Below are positions 63,430 through 64,000 of a DNA stretch of 64,000 nt, one piece after another. The translations under genes were made by a program, and so were the position numbers. Position 1 is the stretch's first letter; every line of letters starts with the position of its first letter. Below the pieces are notes generated by a model. It saw nothing but the letters and a program-made list of their open reading frames with translations, had not been told where the DNA came from and searched no databases. The DNA lies in NCBI GenBank assembly GCA_951406725.2, contig OX597832.1, positions 44,206,001-44,270,000 of the forward strand, in the 5' to 3' direction. This DNA is from Octopus vulgaris (lineage: Eukaryota).

Positions 63430-64000
63430 TGATGCTGGATTCATAACTCTTGCTGAGCAGAAAGAAACTGGCTTATTGGTGAAATTCTGTCAAAATCGTT
63501 TGAAATCTATTTTGCTGCAGCAGACACGAAGATTCCAGAAAATGGATCATAAATCCATAAGCATGGCTGTATGGGTAAGAAGCTCAGTTTGCAATCATAC
63601 ATACTCAGGTTCAGTCCCACTGCACGCCACAATGGGCGTTTTCTACTACAGCCCAAAGTCAACCAACGCCTTAACAGTGAATTTGGTAGACTGCCAATAA
63701 CATGTAAAAGGCACCGAGAACACTCTGTAGAGTGGTTGGCATTAGGAAGAGCAGCAGCCAGCCATAGAAACCAAGCCAAAACTGATTGGAAGCTTGGTGC
63801 AGCTCTATCTTACCAGCTCCAGTCAAACCGTCTATCCCATGCCAGCATGGAAAAATGGAGGTACGACGATGGAAACTGTGAGGAAGCCCATCATATATCG
63901 CACGTGTGCGTTTGTTCCTCACCCACGTCCACTTGGCAGCTGGTATTTGTTTACATCTGGCTGAGCAAAAGGAAATTGAAAGGAACCTATTGTGCATGTG

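Overview
AT-rich eukaryotic genomic DNA, not prokaryotic. The SINE/MITE repertoire and (TA)n/(CA)n/(ATT)n density point to a coleoid cephalopod, most likely Octopus (inference from repeat families). The window is mostly intronic sequence of one minus-strand protein-coding gene. Four phase-compatible GT-AG exons (37395-37691, 21801-26384, 16708-16774, 13343-13593) give a continuous ORF of about 1730 aa for an unidentified, largely low-complexity, probably nuclear protein; its 5' UTR and 3' end are unresolved. The rest is a dense TE mosaic: at least four tRNA-headed SINE families, two TTAA-flanked piggyBac-type MITE families, non-autonomous Helitrons, CR1 and RTE/BovB-like LINE 3' fragments and a mariner relic. 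Most other ORFs in the track are artefacts of these repeats. The best leads are (i) a cluster at 28.9-29.8 kb of minimal type I hammerhead-ribozyme-like motifs, including an inverted pair with a compensatory G3-C8 core swap; (ii) a Helitron 3' palindrome present in flip and flop orientations; (iii) head-to-tail SINE multimers; and (iv) intronic dsRNA structures and splice-dependent regulatory candidates around the exons. Family labels A-I are my own, and all alignments were done by eye.
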